From a virus (lineage: Duplodnaviria > Caudoviricetes): a stretch of 64,000 bases of DNA. The DNA is taken from the IMG/VR virus record IMGVR_UViG_3300033120_000574, positions 75,129 to 139,128 of that record. One strand, 5' to 3'. Numbering within the stretch: the stretch's first letter is position 1; each line of letters opens with the position of its first letter. This document shows positions 21,638 through 31,866 of this stretch, one piece after another. The notes under the pieces were generated by a model. The model was not told the DNA's origin and searched no databases. It saw nothing but the letters and a program-made list of their open reading frames with translations. The position numbers and the translations under genes were made by a program.

Positions 21638-22419
21638 ATCTTCAACCTACCTGTCAAAGACAATTGCTCTGTTTGACGTTGTTGAGGGGTTGCTTTGTCT
21701 GTGGAGTTCAAGAAAGCCACATGCTTTTTACGTAAAACAACACGTTGTTTCAGGTCACGACCACGGTCAACACGCTGAAGTGGGGAAGCGTAAACTATCC
21801 ACTCAGGATAGTAATGATACTTAATTGTATAAAACACACCGTCTGCAGGCTTTCTGCCAAGCCAACGAACTACGTTATCGTCTACTACAAAGTCTACACC
21901 AACATCATAAACAACGTTGTTTTGGTCTTCACACCAAACAACACAGCCATCACCAGCATACCAAAGTCTGTCTTCTGCTGCAGTCAGTGTTCCTGGTTTG
22001 AATGCCGCATAGCTTAGCTTGGCAGCATTGCGTTGAATAACTTGCCCTTCATGGAGCACATCAGTAATGCACAAAGTAACTTTGTCCATGTCTTCTAAAT
22101 TTGGAGAATCTAGAGCAGGGCTGAACACGCAATCGCCAGGGAATACCAGACCACCATCAATGAGTTGTCTCTGGCCAGAATTAACCTGTGTCAGCAAGCC
22201 AACAACCTGTTGTGCATTGCGGTATAAGAAACCATCCCCATGACAACTAGAACAGTTGAAATCACGAATGTTGGTAACCTCTGTAGGATTTCGTTCATTG
22301 AAAGCAGACGTTGGATCTCCTTTGCGACATGAAGCACATGCAATCGCAGTTTCCCAGATGACAGTGTCACCTCGGTCATGTACGAACTCATTGAGTAAAT
22401 TGAAATCCCAGTCTATCAT
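21634..22419 (-). CDS. Head closure/stopper neck protein with Zn-binding cysteines
   Basis: 'VIWETAIACASC...CSSCHGDGFLY'; gene position. Confidence 0.65.
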   Translation of the reverse strand: MIDWDFNLLNEFVHDRGDTVIWETAIACASCRKGDPTSAFNERNPTEVTNIRDFNCSSCHGDGFLYRNAQQVVGLLTQVNSGQRQLIDGGLVFPGDCVFSPALDSPNLEDMDKVTLCITDVLHEGQVIQRNAAKLSYAAFKPGTLTAAEDRLWYAGDGCVVWCEDQNNVVYDVGVDFVVDDNVVRWLGRKPADGVFYTIKYHYYPEWIVYASPLQRVDRGRDLKQRVVLRKKHVAFLNSTDKATPQQRQTEQLSLTGRLKI

Positions 22420-22425
22420 AACACC

Positions 22426-24252
22426 TCACACCACCGTTAACGTAGCCCCTCTATAGCGGCCTTTGTATTGACGAAGATTGTCATCAATCCACTCTTTGAA
22501 AGCGGTTATGGTTCCTGTGTATGCTCCATACTTTTGCTGCGTTGTGTACGAAACACTTTGAGAAACACCATCACGTCCCATAGACACTGATCCTACTCCT
22601 GGGCGAATAGCGTTACCAAGCATGATCAAAGCATCCATTGCAGCTTTCTTAGCAATGAGTTCCTGCAAGTCACAAGGGCAGTCACGCAATCCAGCAATTA
22701 CGTTAAAGTGCCAAAAGTTAGGTATTGCTGATGCACCAGCCCCTGAGTTCATCCACATTAGTCCTAAATAGTCAAAAGCCACGGACTGGTTGAAAGGAAC
22801 CAGTTGTACAAGACCACCTTGTGTATAGTGTTGAATCCAATCTAGGTCGATATCAATAACGCGAGTGTTAGCAATAGCACCAAACAAGCTGTCCACTCTG
22901 ATTAGCTGCTGAAACGGCATCTGTACGCTTACCCAGTTTCCTGTAGCGTTGGAGACAAAGTAAGTCAGCGGACCGCTTATGAAATCATAGTCAGGATCTG
23001 TAAATATTGGGTTAGGAGAATTTATGCCGGAAGAAAATTGCAACGTTGTAGCGTCACGATCTGTGACTACATTAGTAGGCTCTAAGTAAATTCCTAAAGC
23101 AACATTCTCTAACCATGACTCAGCTTGGCATAGATATTCCGCTAGTGCTGAATCGCTAAGTTCAGAGTTTTGAACTAACAGCTCTTCTGTGACATTCGTT
23201 GTTGGCAACGCAGAGAGCGATGTAACACGCACAACAATGTAATCTTGCCCCAATGTGGAGGTAAGAAGCTTAGGAGCACATCCACCGCCAATACCTTGAG
23301 ACCCCTTACGTAGTATGAACGTACCTGGACGGTTAATAGTAACTAAAGGGCCACCACACCAGCTTAGCTGTCTAATTTCCACACCAGCTGGATTTGAAGC
23401 TGCATCCAGGTAAGTGTACGTAAGTGGACCAATACCTAAAGGATGGTTCCTTGATACCTCTACAACTAGTACTCCAGTTACCGTTGCTGGTTGATACTTT
23501 ACGAATCGAGTGTCACCAGCGTATCTGGGAATGCCAAACAAGAAGTCGTTCTTCAAACGCTGTACAGTGACTATACGTACAGCAACGTCTGCTGACGCCC
23601 CTACGACCTCATCTCGTCCACCAGAGAAGAACGTGACACCTTCTGCAGTGTTCAAGGATTGGTTTGCCAAACCAGTAAAGGAAGCAGCTAGGGTGTTTCC
23701 ATAGTTAGCTTGTATTTGTGCAACTATTGCTTCACGTGTGTTCAAAGAAGACACAGGAACACCAGCACTAACTGCAAGCGAGATAGTAACGTGTGTTCCT
23801 ACAATCACAACAGACAGTGGACTGGTTCCACTAGGTAGCAAGACTTCAAAAGACCACAAGTTCTCATCAGTACCAGTACCCAAAGTGAGCAAAGAGATAG
23901 GAGTAGAAGATGGAGTACCTACAATGCCAACAGCACCAGTGGCAAGGCTTCTAGCACGAACAAAGTACTTGCCATGTCTTACTAAGTTGATGTTGTCCTG
24001 ATCTACAATGTTTTCTAGTTGAAATTGAGCAGTCTGCGATAGAGGACTGGTGGTTCCTGTAAAGTACACAAAAGAGGACGCCACAACAGCGTCACGTGAC
24101 CTGCGTGCCTTAACGAGCTCCACAAGCACAGCTTCAGCTACATAGGGCTCCCCACCTGTAACTGAGATGGTAGCAGTTATGGTGTTGTTGAGCGATTCAT
24201 ACCTTGAGTATTCAGTGTTGTCCGTAAGAACGGATATCTGTGTTGGTTGCAT
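22426..24252 (-). CDS. Head-tail adaptor with N-terminal accessory domains
   Basis: C-terminal 'GVGSVSMGRDGVSQSVSYT...YGAY', typical of gp15-like adaptors. Confidence 0.65.
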   Translation of the reverse strand: MQPTQISVLTDNTEYSRYESLNNTITATISVTGGEPYVAEAVLVELVKARRSRDAVVASSFVYFTGTTSPLSQTAQFQLENIVDQDNINLVRHGKYFVRARSLATGAVGIVGTPSSTPISLLTLGTGTDENLWSFEVLLPSGTSPLSVVIVGTHVTISLAVSAGVPVSSLNTREAIVAQIQANYGNTLAASFTGLANQSLNTAEGVTFFSGGRDEVVGASADVAVRIVTVQRLKNDFLFGIPRYAGDTRFVKYQPATVTGVLVVEVSRNHPLGIGPLTYTYLDAASNPAGVEIRQLSWCGGPLVTINRPGTFILRKGSQGIGGGCAPKLLTSTLGQDYIVVRVTSLSALPTTNVTEELLVQNSELSDSALAEYLCQAESWLENVALGIYLEPTNVVTDRDATTLQFSSGINSPNPIFTDPDYDFISGPLTYFVSNATGNWVSVQMPFQQLIRVDSLFGAIANTRVIDIDLDWIQHYTQGGLVQLVPFNQSVAFDYLGLMWMNSGAGASAIPNFWHFNVIAGLRDCPCDLQELIAKKAAMDALIMLGNAIRPGVGSVSMGRDGVSQSVSYTTQQKYGAYTGTITAFKEWIDDNLRQYKGRYRGATLTVV

Positions 24253-24261
24253 CTAAACACC

Positions 24262-24870
24262 TCATGGAATGTCAAAAATGTTTGTAGCAGAGGCAGGGAC
24301 CACGAACACACGCTTGTAATCTGCGTCAGGTATAGACACTTCGTATTGCGCACCTGTAATCAAATCTACAGTGAACAGTCCTGCAGAGTCAGTTGTGGTT
24401 GGTACAAATGAAGAAGTCAGTAAATAGCCAGGTGACATGATTGCGGGTTTAGCTAGTAGATGGAAGCTTATGCTTACACCCGCCTTTGGCTCTCCTACAG
24501 GGTCCAAGATTGTACCGAATACGGAGCTGGTATCTGGAACCGCGCTAGGTGTTGGAGCAGTTGCCAGTGTGGTAGCTGTCACAACCTCAGCATTAGCTAG
24601 TCGAGACAGTATAGACGCACCACTGAAGAACATGTAGATGGAACCTAGTGTATTCACATCTCCTATAGCCAAGGTCACTTCATACAAACCTGCTCCTAAG
24701 TTGGTAAAATTCAGAGCAGTCAAGGTAAAGGGAATGAATACACCCGAAGTCTTTTTCAAAGAACAGGATATGTCAGAAAAAGTTAGAGTGCTAGCTGGCG
24801 TAGAGTCTGTATTCTCTAGGTAAACCACTAGTCTAGATGCGGTATTTTGTAGGAATAAGGGTGTTGCCAT
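24262..24870 (-). CDS. Virion protein with Ig/BppU-like domain
   Basis: Likely start MATPLF (24870, GAGG RBS); 'TTTDSAGLFTVDLITGAQY'. Confidence 0.55.
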   Translation of the reverse strand: MATPLFLQNTASRLVVYLENTDSTPASTLTFSDISCSLKKTSGVFIPFTLTALNFTNLGAGLYEVTLAIGDVNTLGSIYMFFSGASILSRLANAEVVTATTLATAPTPSAVPDTSSVFGTILDPVGEPKAGVSISFHLLAKPAIMSPGYLLTSSFVPTTTDSAGLFTVDLITGAQYEVSIPDADYKRVFVVPASATNIFDIP

Positions 24871-24952
24871 ATAGCCTCTTGAAAAAGTTAAAGCAGTATA
24901 GCATGCTGTTGTTAGCACCGCTATACTGCTTACTTTATGAATAAGTACTAGT

Positions 24953-25282
24953 TCAGTACTTGTCTGAGTCGACCATATCCACAAGCTTAATTACAGAGTT
25001 AGCCTTCTCGGAAGCACGCAATGGGATAGCAGGAGAACTCTTAACGCCAGTAACTCTGCGGTTGGTTCCAACGTGTGGAGCAGGAGTACCACTTCCATCT
25101 ACTCCGGTAGCAAGCATATTAGAAATAGCTTGAAATCCTTGAACTGGAGTAAGTGTTGTAGCCACAACTTCATCTGAGATGCCCTTGAGTGCAAGCAATA
25201 GGGAGTTGTAAGAACGCTTAAGTGCGTCAAATTCAGCACTTGCTTGGTCACCAATAACTACGGTCGCTTTAACTGTTGCCAT
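24953..25282 (-). CDS. Hypothetical (possible virion) protein
   Basis: 109 aa with GAGG RBS. Confidence 0.6.
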   Translation of the reverse strand: MATVKATVVIGDQASAEFDALKRSYNSLLLALKGISDEVVATTLTPVQGFQAISNMLATGVDGSGTPAPHVGTNRRVTGVKSSPAIPLRASEKANSVIKLVDMVDSDKY

Positions 25283-25288
25283 GTTTCC

Positions 25289-25861
25289 TCACTTCTTTTT
25301 CTTTGAACTCTTGGAGTTCTTTGGTTCTGGGATAGTGTACTCTTCATCGAGTACGACTACTTCTTCTGTTGATTCGGAAAGCACTTCCACTTCATCAATG
25401 TTGCCTACAAAATCCTCTTCAGTAACCAAAAATGGTGTAAGCTCTTCAGCTACAGTTTCAGGTACAAAAGCAGGAGCAGATTCATTTACAATGAAATATC
25501 TTCCTGGCTTATTATTCATCTCTTGTGTAAACACTTCAAGAAGGTTAGCAGGAATTCTGGCATGTCCACTTGTGTCAAACGTAACTGTTTGATTGTTTGA
25601 CAGCAAAATTGTTCTGTTTCGTGCGTAATTAGATTTAATCAGTATCTCAGCCATCGGACGTACCTTTACTCGTACTACTATTTTTTGTGCAATCTGGTTC
25701 AACCCAGTTCTAACTTCATCCATACGTTTTGTAGTTAGAACTTTTCCTTTTCGATTCTTCAACTCTTTTGACTCAGTCAAAGAGCAGGAGCTACACACAA
25801 TATCGTAGGATTTGTATGTTGCATTGTAAAGGTCTTTATTGCAAATTGTGCACTTTGTCAT
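25289..25861 (-). CDS. Hypothetical protein with N-terminal Zn ribbon
   Basis: CxxC...CxxC; acidic/basic tail; immediately downstream of the MCP. Confidence 0.55.
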   Translation of the reverse strand: MTKCTICNKDLYNATYKSYDIVCSSCSLTESKELKNRKGKVLTTKRMDEVRTGLNQIAQKIVVRVKVRPMAEILIKSNYARNRTILLSNNQTVTFDTSGHARIPANLLEVFTQEMNNKPGRYFIVNESAPAFVPETVAEELTPFLVTEEDFVGNIDEVEVLSESTEEVVVLDEEYTIPEPKNSKSSKKKK

Positions 25862-25872
25862 AGTTGTAAGCC

Positions 25873-25920
25873 AAAAAGGGTGTACGTATCTTCTAGAGTG
25901 GAAGACTCGTACACCCTTCT
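25873..25920 (-). terminator. Terminator/attenuator after the major capsid gene
   Basis: AAGGGTGTACG...CGTACACCCTT stem followed by a T-run on the minus strand. Confidence 0.65.
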
Positions 25921-25935
25921 CAGTTAGAAACTAAC

Positions 25936-27387
25936 TCAGCGTAGGTTGAGTTGTCCAATGTTGATAAAGCGCATCCACTTCTTTGGAGCAAAGAGGACTG
26001 GCGTACCGTACAACATGATCATCCAACGGTATGCTGGAGAGAGAACCGCAAGGTCCATCTTCATCAAAGGCATCAACTGACGGAAGGTCAACACGTTTGG
26101 TGTCATCTCTCCAAGGTATGCGCTTGAGGTGAAAGGAAGTTGCAAATTCACATCGTTAAACACTGTTACGCCAGCTGCGTTTTGCGCTGCTGCAGGAACC
26201 TGTGCGATGAGAGCGTAAGATGCCAAGCTGGTTGGAACCACAGCAGAGGAGCTTGCCACTGAGCGGTAGATACGGAAGAATTCTGGAGGGAATGCGCCGA
26301 TTACAGCTGGGTTGGTGATGGTGAGTGGAAGGTAAGTTCCAGCATCCTTGTTAGCTTGTGAAAGAGCAGTTACAGCGCCAGCGAATGCTACAGGAGCAGA
26401 TTCACCAAAGCGGTTACATGCGGTTACCAAGTAAGCAAAGTTGCTTGTCCCTGCAGGAGCGCCCTTGTTGTGGTCTCCTGTGGTTCCGGTTGCAGCACCA
26501 GCTGCGATGGATGCAGGAGTTACTGGTGCAGATGCTGAGGTTGCAGCTGCAGGAGGAGTTGGGGTCTTCTGAATGAAGACATCTGGATTGAACTCAATCA
26601 CACCAGCTTGTGTTGCCATGGTCTGAAGAGTATTTCCAATCTGTCCATTCATTGGAGCAGGCATTTGAATGCGCTCACGTGGATAGAAAGTCTTAACAAG
26701 GTCACTCATTGTACGGGTACCAAGGAACATATCCGTTGGGAATCCGTAGTTTTCGATGATCATGTTTGCTGCTTCTTCGATATCAGCCTCTTGAAGTGTC
26801 TGTCCCTCAAGGTCGATAACGTTTGAAGAGTCAATCAAAGCATCAAGGCCATCCCATTGCTCAGATTCACCGTCGAACGCAAGAGAGCTATCTCCAACGA
26901 ACATGTGACGTTCAACCTGTTGCAAGAGCCACATGATACCCGCTTGGTTTTCCAAAGCGATCAAGTCACCGTGCGCAGGATGCGTAAGGGTAGCCTGATG
27001 TGTGATCTCACGTGTAGTACCAAGGAACTTGATAAGTTGCATTCTACGAACGTAGCTTGAATCTGTTGCCTGTGGTAGCTCACCTTCCTGCACGAACGGA
27101 GACGCTTGTCCACCGTAGTCAGTAAGTTGGTTGTACTCTTCAACAGTGCTGTACGCTGGGCTCTTTGGCATCTTCTTCCAAAGCTTCACGTGACTGGAAC
27201 TGTATGTTAGTACCTTCAAGCTAGCGTCAAGAGATTCAACACGAAGAGCAGAGCCTCCGGTCTTTCCAGCGCCAACTTGATAACCAGCTTCAAGAGCCTT
27301 GTTAAGTTCAGCTACGCTAGCTGAGCTTTCTACACCAAAGCCGGAACCGATGTTACCGTCTTGGAAACTTTTTAGTCCTACTGTCAT
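25936..27387 (-). CDS. Major capsid protein (SPO1/Twort-like HK97 fold)
   Basis: 'LNKALEAGY...GGSALRVESLD', 'STVEEY', 'QLMPLMKMDLA...LYGTPVLFAPKK'; AAGGAG RBS. Confidence 0.95.
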   Translation of the reverse strand: MTVGLKSFQDGNIGSGFGVESSASVAELNKALEAGYQVGAGKTGGSALRVESLDASLKVLTYSSSHVKLWKKMPKSPAYSTVEEYNQLTDYGGQASPFVQEGELPQATDSSYVRRMQLIKFLGTTREITHQATLTHPAHGDLIALENQAGIMWLLQQVERHMFVGDSSLAFDGESEQWDGLDALIDSSNVIDLEGQTLQEADIEEAANMIIENYGFPTDMFLGTRTMSDLVKTFYPRERIQMPAPMNGQIGNTLQTMATQAGVIEFNPDVFIQKTPTPPAAATSASAPVTPASIAAGAATGTTGDHNKGAPAGTSNFAYLVTACNRFGESAPVAFAGAVTALSQANKDAGTYLPLTITNPAVIGAFPPEFFRIYRSVASSSAVVPTSLASYALIAQVPAAAQNAAGVTVFNDVNLQLPFTSSAYLGEMTPNVLTFRQLMPLMKMDLAVLSPAYRWMIMLYGTPVLFAPKKWMRFINIGQLNLR

Positions 27388-27414
27388 CTGTAACTCCTTC
27401 TTTACTTCATTTGA

Positions 27415-28374
27415 TCAGCGAAAATTAGAAATGCGAGCTTTTAGTTCATCACTAAGTTCGCCGGTTGCGTCAAACTTCAAAACTTCATTGACATTCATCT
27501 GTCCCTTTTGGACCATGTTTGTCATGATGTTTGTTACCATTGACTTGCTCATAGGAGTCCCCTCTGCTTGTGGAGCAGCGCCAGACTTCACAATGGACTT
27601 AGCACCACGAGCGGGTGTTGCTTCAACTTGGTCAATGCGCTGGCTGTGAACAGCAAGCACTCCACCCAAAGAAGACAATGCCTCTGCTAGTGCCTTCTGT
27701 ACGTCATTCTGTTCTACAGAAGACTTGGAAATAGCAGTGATTACACGGTCAGTGATACGAGCTTCCATAGAAGTCAAAGACTTGTGCATCACAGATGCGA
27801 AACCAGCCAAGAACTCAGAGACCTCGAAGCCACCCTTAACTGCAGTATTCTCTGCAGCGTGGTCAGCGAAAGACTTGTTAACATCCTTACCCTTAAATGC
27901 TTCTGGCTTAATCTCATCCTTCAGCATCTTCTTGTCTTCAGCAGCATCTGGATGTGCCTTATCGATGTCCTTATCCTTGTCCTTCTCGAATGGAAGAGCC
28001 TTCTCAGTCTCTTCAGCGTCCTTAAACTTATCTAGACCACCCTTAGCAACGAAGTTCTTTTCGCCACCAGTGAGTGGAAGACCCTTTGAGATCTTAGACA
28101 TTACGGACTTACGCATCTTTGCGCCTGCGGACTTGTAGTCAGTTCCGTCAGGACCAATAGAGTCGCTCCAATCTTCACCTTCCCAGCTTGATCCAGCCCA
28201 GGTTCCTGGGGATGAATTGCTTGGTGTGTGGAACACTTGTGGGCTTCCGGACTCTCCTACCATAGAAACAACTTCAGTTGTTGCTGTGCCACGAGAATTG
28301 TGTCCTTTAGCAAGGTCTTGAAGAGCGCTAAGCGCCTTCTTCAGGTCTGCAGATTCAATCTTAGATTCACTCAT
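27415..28374 (-). CDS. Scaffolding protein
   Basis: Between protease and MCP; about 14 hydrophobic-x-K-[SAG] sites. Confidence 0.75.
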   Translation of the reverse strand: MSESKIESADLKKALSALQDLAKGHNSRGTATTEVVSMVGESGSPQVFHTPSNSSPGTWAGSSWEGEDWSDSIGPDGTDYKSAGAKMRKSVMSKISKGLPLTGGEKNFVAKGGLDKFKDAEETEKALPFEKDKDKDIDKAHPDAAEDKKMLKDEIKPEAFKGKDVNKSFADHAAENTAVKGGFEVSEFLAGFASVMHKSLTSMEARITDRVITAISKSSVEQNDVQKALAEALSSLGGVLAVHSQRIDQVEATPARGAKSIVKSGAAPQAEGTPMSKSMVTNIMTNMVQKGQMNVNEVLKFDATGELSDELKARISNFR

Positions 28375-28377
28375 TGT

Positions 28378-29124
28378 TTACTCCTGTGCAAATAAGCCAA
28401 AGGCTACATTGACAATGGCTTGTACGGTGTCTGTGTCACTTAGTCCGAGTTCACTCTTTACTAAATCAATTGCTTCTTGTCTAGTAAGAAGTTGACTTTT
28501 TTCAACAGTCTTCTTTTCCTCTTCGTCCAAGGACTCAACCTTTGCAACAGAAGAGACGCTATCCATAGCCTTAGATGTGTCTTCTACATTTCCCCACGCA
28601 GCAGAGAGTGATTTTGCAATCTCTGCCCAAGAAGCTGTGTTAACTGGTTGTGTTGTAATCGCTATATCTTGAATCCAACACTTTTCGATCTTATTACCAG
28701 CACGCCGAATGACTTTACCTTGAATCGAGAAACCAACCTTCCGGTCAGATCCAGATTCTCTAAGTTCATTCATCAAGTTCCAATAGTAATCAGCTCTGGT
28801 TTCTTTGGTTGAATCAGGGTTCTTGAACAAGAAACCTTTTACAAACAAACCGTTCTTTGTAAGTTCTGCATGTGTTGGCTGACCAACCTTGTACTCAGGA
28901 CCAGCCTTGTGGTCATCATTGAAATAACCATGCTTCAAGAAGTAATCGAAGTCGATTCCCTTCTGTTCAATAATCTCGCCTTGCAAGTCTCTACCATCGG
29001 TAGATGCAATACCTTGAATCCAGCGTTTGCCAGATTTATCAGCACCTTTATCACCACTCTTAACAATCATTTGTTTGATTGGTACGAAGCAGGAGAAAGT
29101 GTCTTGTGAGGTCCAACCGTTCAT
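28378..29124 (-). CDS. Prohead protease
   Basis: 'IQGIASTDGRDLQGE', 'GYFNDDH', 'GFSIQG', 'IAITTQPVN'. Confidence 0.9.
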   Translation of the reverse strand: MNGWTSQDTFSCFVPIKQMIVKSGDKGADKSGKRWIQGIASTDGRDLQGEIIEQKGIDFDYFLKHGYFNDDHKAGPEYKVGQPTHAELTKNGLFVKGFLFKNPDSTKETRADYYWNLMNELRESGSDRKVGFSIQGKVIRRAGNKIEKCWIQDIAITTQPVNTASWAEIAKSLSAAWGNVEDTSKAMDSVSSVAKVESLDEEEKKTVEKSQLLTRQEAIDLVKSELGLSDTDTVQAIVNVAFGLFAQE

Positions 29125-29199
29125 TTAAACCTTAAAATGCAAAAGGGGAGTAGACAACTCAATGTCTTACTCCCTTTATGGAGAACTTTGTAATGTTAT

Positions 29200-29229
29200 T
29201 ATCTTACATGATGCAATTCTACATGTCAA
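29200..29229 (-). promoter_or_regulatory. Sigma70-like promoter for the head operon
   Basis: TTGACA-17nt-TAAGAT, followed by a strong leader hairpin at 29142-29178. Confidence 0.55.
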
Positions 29230-29450
29230 GAAAATTTACGAACATATAGTGGAACATGTTTTGATTCTGTAGAAAGAGACTTTAACATACTGCTATCTAC
29301 TTGCAAGGGCACTTTTACTTCTTGATCACAAGATTTACACACAGCGTATGCAGCGTTGCCTTTAAATACAATAATCTTTGAACGAACCTTCATGTTGTCT
29401 TCGTTTATTGCCTTCACGATTAGCTCTCCACACTTGCAGTTTATTTGCAT
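29226..29450 (-). CDS. Small Zn-ribbon protein
   Basis: CKC...CKSC, 74 aa. Confidence 0.6.
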   Translation of the reverse strand: MQINCKCGELIVKAINEDNMKVRSKIIVFKGNAAYAVCKSCDQEVKVPLQVDSSMLKSLSTESKHVPLYVRKFS

Positions 29451-30391
29451 TACATGGACTCCATCGTGGACTTAACTAAGTCCAAACATAGGTTTACGTG
29501 CTTATCAAGCAAAGATATAAGCACAGCAGGTGATACATTGCCATCCAACGTTAAATCAAAGTGATCGTAAGACCTGTCGAATGCTTTTATAAGAGCAGGA
29601 TCTCCTGAGCGTGAAAAGAAGCTCAAAGAGCTTTGTGAAACTAAACCATACAGTGTCTCACCAGTATCAGTATCTAACTCCAGTATTTGTCCTGGCTTCA
29701 TACGAGACTTAACTAGAGGCCACACGTCTTCCTCAAAATCACATTGCTTTAGCTTTGTTCGAAGCTCACGAAGGTTCTCGGGGATACTCTGTCTAAACGT
29801 GAGTTTGTTTAGACTCTTAACAACTCCAACAGCATTCATTGCTTGTGCAGCTTCTACGTTCTGCGCAGAGAAGAAAGAATCCTTAAGCAAATCCCAAGAG
29901 TATGTATGGTTGTTCTGTGTCTGCACAACTAACTGCTCACTAGGATAACAAGTGTACGTAGCAGTTGCCTGCTTAACCTTGATAGCTTCCTCTGTCCTTG
30001 AAGCTTCCTTTTGCTTCAGTTGAGATTGTTTAGCATGTACTGCACAAGGCTTTCCTTCTACAAGGTCGCCTTCATCCCCAACTGGCTCCAAATTCCAGAA
30101 CGCTGGATTGGTTGGATTCTTACGTTCTACATTCTCTGTTGCGTTGGGGTCAATGACTTGCCAATGGTAGTCAGCTACGTGAAAGCCAGGATTAGCGTAA
30201 CCTAACAAGAAATGTAAATTACCGTCAGACGACCCAAGTGTGTGACGAGTTAGTGTAGTATGGGATGGATGGCAACAGGTAAATGTAATGTCTTTAGCTG
30301 TCTTACCTTGTAGGCGCTCACTAAGGGGTTGCAGTTTATCCCACTTAGCCAGTCCTTTTGCTTTACGGGCTTTAGATAAAGTTTCAGGCAT
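29450..30391 (-). CDS. Putative internal head protein
   Basis: Multiple LxKS/KA sites; translationally coupled to its neighbours. Confidence 0.55.
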   Translation of the reverse strand: MPETLSKARKAKGLAKWDKLQPLSERLQGKTAKDITFTCCHPSHTTLTRHTLGSSDGNLHFLLGYANPGFHVADYHWQVIDPNATENVERKNPTNPAFWNLEPVGDEGDLVEGKPCAVHAKQSQLKQKEASRTEEAIKVKQATATYTCYPSEQLVVQTQNNHTYSWDLLKDSFFSAQNVEAAQAMNAVGVVKSLNKLTFRQSIPENLRELRTKLKQCDFEEDVWPLVKSRMKPGQILELDTDTGETLYGLVSQSSLSFFSRSGDPALIKAFDRSYDHFDLTLDGNVSPAVLISLLDKHVNLCLDLVKSTMESM

Positions 30392-31679
30392 TTGAAGGCT
30401 CCTCTTTCTTCTCTGTTGGTTCCTTCTCTGTTGGTTCCTTCTTTGGTGTGCCCTCTTCCTCGTCTATCTCTTCTGGAGGTGGCTCTATGATCTCAGTCTC
30501 TGGAAGAACACTCTCTATAGCAGCCTCTGTTTCAGGAGTAGAATCATGCATCGGTTCGTTGTGTAACCAATTAGAAAACTCCTGTTCATCTTCTCTGAAC
30601 GATGTGAGGTCTGACCTGACGACAGCAATGCCGAAGTCATCCACAACCAAACGAGACAAAGACTTAGCTACAGCAGCGTCTGGAACGTCACCAGTGGCTT
30701 GGTAATTGCGAGCTAAGGTGGTACGCAGTTTATAGTCAACAAGGTACTGTACATCATCATGAGATGACAATACACGAGCCAATTCCTCAAAGGCTAAGGT
30801 CTCAACGTCCTCTGCAGGCACCTTTTGGAAAGACATTCTATTGACTATGCGACTGTATAGATGTGAAGCATTCCAGTACAACAAAAACTTTGGACTAACC
30901 CTTGCAGTGAAGAACACGGAGTTTATGTAATTAACACCAACACGCGAAGAACCGTGTTTAGTGTCATACATGAACAATGGATCTGTAGGGCTTCTGCCTG
31001 CAGTTATGCTGGTTAAGAAATCCAAAAAGGGCAGGTCGCAAACAAAGCGCCTACCCAACAAAAGTACAGACTGGTCTATGAACTCTACGTCACCCACCAA
31101 TGCGTTTGAAAGCTCTTCTACTTCGTAGAAGGCTTGGTCACATAGCATTATTATGCATCCAGTAATCTTGTCTTTGGTGTGTGGCGCAGCAAAGGACTCA
31201 GTAGCAAACTGTCTTAGTTTTCCTAAATTGGAGTCTACCGTACGCAAAAAGGATTGTACGTATAAGTCAGCGTTCTCTTTAACGTCAGAATCCAGATACA
31301 CATACTTTGGTCCTTCTAAGTCAAAAACTTCAAACCAAATGTTTACTGCACTGTTCTTATCATAAGATGGATTCTGTAATGGCTCTATTCCTTCAGGAAC
31401 TGCCATGTTGCGTTTGTATCCATCCTTGGTGAAGAACTTAGTATGTTTCTCTGGTACAGGCTGCTCTGGATCCATCATGGGTTCTCCATAGAATGGATCG
31501 TAATCAGGAGACTCTGGTGGGGCGTTTGAATAGCGATAGTAGTTACCCGCTTGGTCCATCCACCAATATTGATACAAACTTCCGTACTCTCCTGATTTAA
31601 AAACATAAGTATGCGTGCCATCTGTTGCAGGCATACCAAACGCTTTACTTATGTTTTGGATCAAGGCAGTAGTCATCAT
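30384..31679 (-). CDS. Putative internal head protein with a degenerate topoisomerase IB-like catalytic domain
   Basis: 'AGRSPTDPLF...INSVF...SPKFLLYWNAS...LARVLSSH...Y' parallels TopIB 'LF..VN.YL..TAKDFRTW.AT..VA..LGNT..Y'. Confidence 0.5.
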   Translation of the reverse strand: MMTTALIQNISKAFGMPATDGTHTYVFKSGEYGSLYQYWWMDQAGNYYRYSNAPPESPDYDPFYGEPMMDPEQPVPEKHTKFFTKDGYKRNMAVPEGIEPLQNPSYDKNSAVNIWFEVFDLEGPKYVYLDSDVKENADLYVQSFLRTVDSNLGKLRQFATESFAAPHTKDKITGCIIMLCDQAFYEVEELSNALVGDVEFIDQSVLLLGRRFVCDLPFLDFLTSITAGRSPTDPLFMYDTKHGSSRVGVNYINSVFFTARVSPKFLLYWNASHLYSRIVNRMSFQKVPAEDVETLAFEELARVLSSHDDVQYLVDYKLRTTLARNYQATGDVPDAAVAKSLSRLVVDDFGIAVVRSDLTSFREDEQEFSNWLHNEPMHDSTPETEAAIESVLPETEIIEPPPEEIDEEEGTPKKEPTEKEPTEKKEEPSNA

Positions 31680-31866
31680 TTACCGTAAAAACCTCGATGT
31701 TGTTAGCATCTTTGTCACTGTGTAACACACCAAGTTTGTGCAGTCTAGTTATTATCTCTGTTGGAAACAACTGCAACAACTGTAGTTTGGTCTGTGGTCC
31801 TTTACTGCGAAGGTGCAGCAACGTCATCTTGTCGTACACTGTCAGTTGGTTCGGCTGTAGCTTCAT
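31645..31866 (-). CDS. Small wHTH-like hypothetical protein (uncertain)
   Basis: 73 aa filling the gap; overlaps both neighbours. Confidence 0.4.
   Translation of the reverse strand: MKLQPNQLTVYDKMTLLHLRSKGPQTKLQLLQLFPTEIITRLHKLGVLHSDKDANNIEVFTVNDDYCLDPKHK

Noticed and set aside
1-29124. Contractile injection system or tailocin
   Set aside because: Capsid, portal, protease, tRNAs and RNR show a genuine phage
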